Of a stretch of 64,000 nucleotides of DNA, positions 56,532 to 64,000 are shown piece after piece (position 1 is the first letter of the stretch; every line of letters starts with the position of its first letter). The stretch is from Ylistrum balloti. Taxonomy: Eukaryota. The stretch covers positions 434,001-498,000 of the forward strand of contig NW_026782263.1 of NCBI RefSeq assembly GCF_031769215.1, written 5' to 3'. A program made the position numbers and the translations under genes. The notes under the pieces were generated by a model, which did not search any database, was not told where the DNA came from, and saw only the letters and a program-made list of their open reading frames with translations.

Positions 56532-57804
56532 ATAGACCGCCGATATAACCTTTCATGTAGACATGGACATTATCTTTACACAAGGTGATTTAATCAAGGG
56601 GATTATTCCTATACATGTGACCATAAAGATAACATATAACAGTGTGGATATTGTAAGTTTCCAATAATATGTCCGGGCCTTCTGACTCTTATACAAATAG
56701 TTTTAACGTAAATTTTTGTGCGGATATGAATGAAAAGTAATGTCAAATACTGAATACAAGTATTTGGATTTTTTTATGTTTCTTTATTGTTAATCTGCTT
56801 TTAATCAAAGCATGGACGTTTTTCTTAAAAATGCCAGGTGTTATTTACAGACACACGAGCATACCTATTAAGATTGTATCAAAAGTGATGTGATTAAAAG
56901 TCTTGATCTGTGTCATCATACTGTGTATAGTCTGTCCATATTCATTTGAAGGCATCACGAAATAGTTTTCTGATCTTAAATGTCATTAGTGATATTTAAC
57001 ATGGGTATATGTCAGGTATTTTCCATTTGTGCATATTTCCTTTCACAATGTAACCTCTGTGGTGTTTATAAATTCTTAACTTACTAGCTTTGTGTCTTTA
57101 GCTGAAATTACATTTCAATTGAAAATGAGAGAACGGAACATACTTAAATTCATAACGAATACAACAGGACCTAAAAAAACTATTTCAGGTTCTGAACTTA
57201 TCATGGCCTTTTAAGTATAGTCAGTCAATACTTCAGAAAAATCATAACTTAAATCCGATTTGTTGAAAACCGATAAAGCCATACTTTCAGAATTTGTGCA
57301 TCATGTAAATTATCTTGCACTTTCGTTTCACAAAGTCCTTAGAGAGATACTCAAAGTGCATCTGGCTATTGATAAGTTTGGAATATGAAAATGATTTTAC
57401 AGTGAAACCACTGTATCCAATATATCAAAATGCAGGGCTACCAATACCTGACTGCAAGCATCATTTAGATAAAATGGAACATCTGTAATAGTTAACCACT
57501 AACTTACATATCTAAGTCTTCCTACCCTTTACTACTTTCCCTTAATAATATACAACATATATTTACAAAGAGGCAATTTAAGTGGAACTACATGTATTAT
57601 TGTTAGCATTAATCAGGATTTGTACCGTATACAATTTTGCCTGAAATCTGTCTGAATCAAGAAAAATCCATGTCTTGACTTCATTACTTACTGTAATCAT
57701 TACTGATGTATCCAGATAGAATCTGTCAAACTTTTGGTACTAAGTGTACCTGTACCAGTGTAAACATTATATATGTCAGCAGGATGTCCTTTCAAAAGGT
57801 GATC

Positions 57805-58005
57805 TCGAGATTTTCCTCAGCTGATATCTCCTCAAAAACGGCTTGTATAAAATTTTTTCAAGGAACAGGAGGAAATCATCGGCTAGGATGTCCTGAAATT
57901 CCTTGAGGAATTTTCATACAAGATATTTTCAAGGAGATATCAGCTGAGGAAAATCTCGACTTGAGGAAATCTCAAGTTGAGATGTTTTATACAAGTGGGG
58001 CCTGG
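57805..58005. mobile_element. Fold-back MITE-like element
   Basis: Perfect 28-bp inverted repeat (57805-57832 vs 57932-57959) extending imperfectly inward. Right terminus tggggcctgg resembles the 12.8-kb MITE end. Confidence 0.7.
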
Positions 58006-58007
58006 TC

Positions 58008-58065
58008 TCTCTCAAAGAGGTCACCAGTCTTTGTCAGTCTGACCACATGAAGGAGGAAATCATAT
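58008..58065 (+). pseudogene. Orphan remnant of SULT exon 4 (sixth paralog)
   Basis: ctcaaagaggtcaccagtctttgtcagtctgaccacatgaaggaggaa translates LKEVTSLCQSDHMKEE, versus LKEVIDLCHFDRMKKE (E) and LQEVTDLCHFDRMKKE (B/C). Confidence 0.75.
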
Positions 58066-58280
58066 GTTGTGATCAGTGTTAGAAATGATCAATGTCTTCT
58101 TCATAATTTAACACTTCACAGTTTTTTCTTACAAAATACACACGTATTTATATAACTTAGCTAAACCAAATCTATTTTTTAATCACCTAGATTAATAATT
58201 TTTTATATAAAATTTTATATGTTTACAGTACATAATTATATATTATCTACGTGTGTAAAAAATCAAATTATGATATAAAA

Positions 58281-60005
58281 GGGCCGGTTTCCAAAACGGC
58301 CCCTTCTCTGATTCAAATTTCCTGTTGGTGGTGCATTTCCCATGCCGTTGTGGTCACAAATCTATAAAGTATAAAGATATAGGTCACTTGATTTGTTTTT
58401 TTATGGCTCCTCAAAGTTGTACCTTTCAGAAGCTGTCTAAGTGTTGATAAAATGTGCATGTTATGTAAAATATTAATGAAAATCTAATCAAATGATAGTC
58501 ACCGTAAAGAATACATTCATGGCATGATTGTGACAAAATAATCATGTTTCCATCGCGCCATTTGGATGAAACAATCTCAAAAATGCAATTTTCGATGATA
58601 ACATTTTAGACACAAAAACTGTGTTTTTTAGAGAATACACCCTTTTATGGGCGTTGGATGCAAACCAATTTTTATCTTATTAAATAGTACGTAATATGCT
58701 ATTGATGAGAGGAAAAATTATCAAAATGTAAGTGGTGGAACATTTTCAAATGTTGGGTTGAATTAGCCTATGGTTGAATTGCCGATTTTCGACTTTCTTT
58801 AGATAATTAACAAAAAAACGAGAGTATTTGCTCGGTATGTTGAGAATATGTACACAGATATGAAAAATAGTGAGAGAAACACTTTTTCATAAAAAATCCA
58901 AGATGGCTACTTCACAAGTCCCCGTGGTTGAAGACATTGGCTGACAAATAGACAGAACAACAAACAAAACGTGTTCCTTATGATTTTGGTTGGTTTTCGC
59001 ATTTACGGGAGTGTTCATAGCTACGGGCGATTGTATAATACCTATATTTATAAGTTTGGTTAGTCACATGGTAACGGGGATCTTTCATATCGAGCCCCAA
59101 ACATACTTTCGACATATGCACTCCGTTGCCGCATGGAAAACTATTTCAAATTTTGTCGGAATTTCTTTACCTGTGGTTGTAATGGTCGAGGGTTTTCCAG
59201 CGTCCTGTAATACCCAAGGTAGTACAAGATACTGGAGATGTGCGCACACATTCCAATCGTTCTCTCTCCAACTGGGCACTGGCAGTAGTAGTCCTTTATT
59301 GGGGCCTCAACATGAAATATATCCAAACGTTATATTTCGTTTGGCTTTTGTATATGTATTTGACATCGGAGAAGGTCTGGGGGGTGCTGGTAAAGCCACA
59401 CCTCATAGTCTCCGTCATCACTTAAATGTTCGGCGATGTAACCAGGAGCCAGAGATATCTGATACGTTCTCAAGTAATCAAGATCGAGACGGGGAAACAG
59501 TACGGAAGATGCATCCATCTTGACAAACTCGGACCTTGCCCGTCTAGATAGATCCGGATCTATCTTGACTCTCTGAGCTAAACCATTCGGTGTTGTCAAA
59601 CGGACCTTCATACGTTCAGCCATTAGCCTATCTTTGGCATCTCTCTCTGGAGATCTCTGGTAGATCGGTCCTCTAATACCATTCAGACAGGCTGTGACGG
59701 TTCGAAGCAAAGCCTCAATGACATTGATAAAGCTGTTAGACACCAATTGCGTTCGGAAGAACGTCCGGTGTTTCAGACGACCATGATAGGATTCCACAAT
59801 CCACCTCGATTTGGTGATAGTTCTGTCAAGATTTGCTTGGACGTCAGAATGTTGACTTACCGGGTTTCAGGTATGACGGCATGCTAGCATTGAGGCCAGA
59901 GGCTTCGAGAACTGGTAGGACATCTCTAAAACCTCGGTCAACGACAACGTTGTCGTCTGGTTGTAGCCAAGTAACTCCAATGGAGAATTAACATTACTGG
60001 AAACA
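58281..60005 (-). mobile_element. Truncated DNA transposon with DDE_Tnp_4-type (PIF/Harbinger-ISL2EU group) transposase remnant and C-terminal SWIM finger
   Basis: On the - strand: DDNVVVDRGFRD..MPSYL..ANLDRTITKSRWIVESYHGRLK, FPRLDLDYLRTYQISLAPGYIAEHL and YCQCPVGERTIGMCAHISSILYYLG, broken by frameshifts. Candidate terminus gggccggtttcc at 58281. Confidence 0.75.
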
Positions 60006-61979
60006 GGCCCTTTGAATAAGTTGTAATTATACATAATTAAATGGATTCCATTTTGAAAAGTAGGGATATTATAGATGTATATTTGTATACTGCAACAAAT
60101 TATAAAGCATTGTTAGCTTTACTGACACATATAGGTATGATTTTTCTCTAGGTGGATCCAAGAACTGGTACAATCTGACACAAAGGGAATGATTTGATTG
60201 TGTGAAAAGATGGAAAATGAAATATTCACTTGCTCAAACAAAATACAAAATACAAAAGCACACAAAATGTGAATTACCTTTAATAGTACAGAGAAGTTAT
60301 TGACACCATCTTTCTAAACACAACAGCAATTTCTCTTTTTATTACAGTCCTATTTTGTGGAAAACACAAAGAAATGCCAAATAAGACAAGAAAAACTATT
60401 AAAATTTGTATATATATATTACTTAAGGTATTTATAATGGTAACTATGAAAAATGGCTTTCACAGGCCAACAATTCCATTTTCAGTTTTATATGTAAATG
60501 ATAAAGAAACATGTGCACTAGTGTAAGAGACATTTCTATTAATGAAAAATTAACAATGCTTTTCTTTGAATTAAACTAAAATTGTTGAACAGGTAAATGA
60601 TGTTTGCTCCAATGAAGGGAGTTCAATATGAAAGGCATGACAATGTGATTGAAATTCCAATGCTATGGTCAATCTATGAACATTGCAGATATTACAAATT
60701 GAAAGATGGTAGATTGTTTAACAAAGTGAAAAATTTTCAATGTGTAATACTATGTTCACTTGCCATGAGTGAGGATGAATTGGTTGTATGAATATGTAAT
60801 AACACAAAGAGAAATTTCTAGTCTGGGCATCATTTCAAATCACTCATTGTATTATGAACATTAATCACTGAGTGCTGTTAGAAGTTTGCACAAACTTGGA
60901 AGGTACCACAGGAAAAATATTTGATGTCCAAGATATTAAACTTAATATAACTCTTAACATAGTAATTGATTTTGGGGGTTCAGAGAAAAATTCTGTTGCA
61001 ACTTCAAACAGCAAAATGACAATAAATCAAAGAGTTAATGTATTTTACAATTACATATCATGGTTTGAATAATTTACATCAGTATATATTTGTAGAAAGA
61101 TACAGGTGTTTTTTGTGAATATCTGAAAAAAAAACTATGTGCCTATGACTCAAAAACAATGTTGGTTATACCAGGATTTTTATAACCTTGTAAATGTTGT
61201 ATATTTTAACCAGTGTCATTTTGCATTCTGTCCATGATTTCTACTTTAAAAAAAGGCTGGATGGACAGGTGATTCATTAAATTTTCATATGTGTGATAAG
61301 GAATTAAAAGTCTTGCTGCAATAGGTAAAAAGAAAGTGTAATGTCTACTGTGCTGCCCTACCACTCAGAAAATATTGTCATTTCTCTCTAGAAATGTAGA
61401 AAATACAGAAGTGAATAAATTTATTCTAGCCAAACAAGTCACTTGGTATCATGAACTTGCACATATTTTTCAAGGCTTCTTCCTTGTTCGCAACAGAGTC
61501 ACTCGAAGAAAATGACCTGTCCTGTGCTAATATGTTCAGCAGAGATTTTAGTAATCAAATTTATCTGAAAATTGTGGACGATGAACACCTCTGAAAATAA
61601 CCACAAAACACAATATTCTTGGGCAAGGCACAGCAAGCTTATCAATCTTTCAATTAAAATTGTGTTATTATCATTACCATTTTAATCAATTTTGTAGGTT
61701 AATGTCTTTACATATATGACATGCACAGCAATTTTGTTTTGGAACTTAAAAACAACCTTGATGCAAATATAAAAAATGAACAAAACGATTAGGTAGTGTA
61801 TATACTTATTTTTTAACAAATAAAAGTTACCTCTTGAATCAGCTCTAGCACTGAAGGACAGTTATATTCCATCCTTTGCTCTAGTTCAATGTTTTAGAAT
61901 GAATTGTGTCATTACATAGAATAAAATATCACATAGTTATAATTTGTAACTGTAATCATTATCAAAGTAAACAGCATCA

Positions 61980-64000
61980 TTATTCGTCATCAGCCTTTCT
62001 CCTCTTCTCTGGTGGCTCATCCTCTGGTAACGCGTCCTCTGGTGGCTCATCTTCTGAAAATTTAACAAAAATAAAACAACATGCATCTCAAAAGACCAAC
62101 TTAAGTTGAACTCCAGTAATAGTTTTTATAATCTCAACATGGCATTTATTAAATCAAAGTTTGACAAACATCCATTGAACTGAATCTTCTTTATAAATAT
62201 ATTTATATAGGAAACCTATAATTGGTATAGAACAAAAGCATTACATGTTGTGTATAAACAAAATAAAGGGAATCACTAGACAAACTAACACCGAGAAGAT
62301 GCTCTTTTGTACAATGCAATAATGGAAACAGGTACATAGTAAATGCCAAATCCTATACTCTTAGATTTCATCACACTGACATTTTTTCACAACAAATAAG
62401 CTATGTATTTTTTCCAATGATTCATTTGTTACCAGGTATTGTTTTATTTATATATATTGTGAAACTGACCTGAAGACTGATGAGATTTCACAGTTGATGT
62501 CTTTCCATCACTCTTGAAAAGCAGGTGTTTAGGAAAATTGAAGGCCACACAATACATATCTTTGTTAGGGGCCACATTTCTTACAAACTTCAACTTGGCA
62601 TCATCTGGTAGTGACTCCCCAATGTTCTCTTCTACAAGGTCCTTGGCAGCTTGTCTTGTATCGGCTGCCTTTCCAAACACATAGCAGTGAACCAAAGGAA
62701 TAAGATGGTCTGGATAAGTGTCCTGATCACCAGCTCTGTCTGATAACAGACCAATGAATTCATCGAGAAATGTCACGGCTAATGCTGGTAAATTCATTAC
62801 AGCATACGTCTTGTGAACTCTCATATGACCTAAATCCCACAATCTAAGAAGTTCAGGTTTCATCACAGATGTTATGAAGTCTCTGCCATCCAAATTACTG
62901 CATTTCACTTTTGTTTTCACTTTGTTAAGGGCAAGGTTCTCTACTAAACTTTCATAAGAATGTGGGTTAAGGTCATTAGCAAACACATTTACACCCCTTC
63001 TTGCAGCTATAACTGCAAATGGTCCAACTCCAGCAAACACATCAAACATTAAATCTTGTTTTTCCAATTGTAGAGCTATCCTTGCATGTTCTGTACCTGT
63101 ATTAAGAAAATTTAAATATTGTATGAAGGATTGATTAATAAAATACTGAACCATTGATAACTTTACAAGGCCTCAGGTAATCAATTAAGGACAACAAATT
63201 GATGCAGTTTGATCTACAAATTTATTGCTGTAATTTGCATAAACTTTTAAATGACCAGGTATATATTCTAACTGTTTGAGAATTTAATATTACAATACAG
63301 TATATCTGTGCACAAAATTCTTGTTAAAACCAACAATAAGTTAGTACAATAATCAGCAGTTGTTCCAAACATTACAATTTGATAATTTCTGAACATCTTA
63401 TAGGTCTCATTTTAAATTTATAACCAAATAAACACTAAAAGTAATGACAGCACAAAGGGGTGGAGGAGTCCAAACGTCCTGTGGGTGGTGCTGGTAGGTA
63501 GATTTATCAGTAGAGGAGTTCAAACGTCCTGTGGGTGGTACTTGTAGGTAGGTATATTGATAGAGGAATCTGAGTTGGATACTGGAGTATTCTAATAGAG
63601 CTCCACAGATGATAGGTATCACAAGAAGATAAAGGATGGAACATCAATACCAGGGATTCTGTGATTTTGTAGGTTTTGTTGATTGACATGTTTCGGATGG
63701 CTATGCCAACCATCATCAGAACAATTTTACATCAAGAAAGAAACATTTAACAGCATGAGTTCATTAATGTTCTGTCATCACTTACAGTTACTATCTATTT
63801 TATCGTTTTTGTGTCCCTTTTCGTTGCATTTTTTAAAATTTTCAAAATACTTTTCTAATTGTTGAATAGATCTTGAATATAAATGTTAATTGAAAATTCA
63901 GTAAAAGATTTACCTAGCCTTGTATTCCAGTAGACTTTTGAAAAGTCAAATTTAAAAGAAGCTCCATTCTCTCTGACTGTTGTAATAGTGTCATCTTCAC
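61980..64000 (-). CDS. TRMT5: tRNA (guanine(37)-N1)-methyltransferase, 3' part; exons >=64000-63914, 63096-62470, 62053-61980
   Basis: Spliced reading: VRENGASFKFDFSKVYWNTRL|GTEH..DVFAGVGPFA..ANDLNPHSY..VMNLPA..VHCY..VRNVAPNKDMYC. Phase-1 GT-AG introns join in frame; the gene continues beyond the window. Confidence 0.95.
63460..63551. repeat. Imperfect 50-bp direct repeat (about 1.8 units) in the TRMT5 intron
   Basis: gaggagt.caaacgtcctgtgggtggt.ct.gtaggtag with units starting at 63460 and 63510. Confidence 0.9.
63679..63724 (-). ncRNA. Minimal type I hammerhead ribozyme motif
   Basis: On the - strand: TTGTT-CTGATGA-T-GGTTGGC-ATA-GCCATCC-GAAA-CATG-TC^AATCAA. Full catalytic core, 7-bp stem II with one mismatch, palindromic ACATGT stem III, GUC cleavage triplet, and 5-bp stem I with a 1-nt bulge. 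Confidence 0.75.

Noticed and set aside
58990-59523. 177-aa + strand ORF
   Set aside because: Antisense to the transposase remnant, with no recognisable motif.
61430-61590. Possible alternative TRMT5 terminal exon
   Set aside because: An acceptor exists, but the phase-compatible reading is short and unrecognisable, and a good terminal exon already exists at 62053-61980.

Overview
AT-rich eukaryotic genomic DNA with spliceosomal introns. The repeat types (Penelope-like RT fragments, pearl/CvA/HINE-type elements) point to a bivalve mollusc, possibly an oyster; that taxonomic call is inference. The core of the window (19.9-58.1 kb) is a + strand tandem array of cytosolic sulfotransferase (SULT) genes. 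All five share a 5-coding-exon structure with intron phases 1,1,0,1. Four copies are intact 294-aa ORFs (here A, B, C, E). Copy D carries an in-frame TAG and a GC donor, and a sixth copy survives only as an exon-4 remnant. B and C arose from a recent direct tandem duplication of about 8.5-8.8 kb, and their amino-acid differences cluster in predicted substrate-access loops. Upstream are a complete - strand gene for a secreted Gly/Tyr-rich structural protein (11.1-12.3 kb) and a decayed gene-like region (16.6-18.4 kb). The 3' part of TRMT5 (- strand) closes the window. One TRMT5 intron contains a near-canonical minimal type I hammerhead ribozyme motif on the sense strand. The rest is intergenic or intronic DNA with Penelope-like, Tc1, DDE_Tnp_4/SWIM, HINE-like and MITE-like remnants plus mini- and microsatellites. 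All exon boundaries, translations and counts were read by hand; no searches were run.
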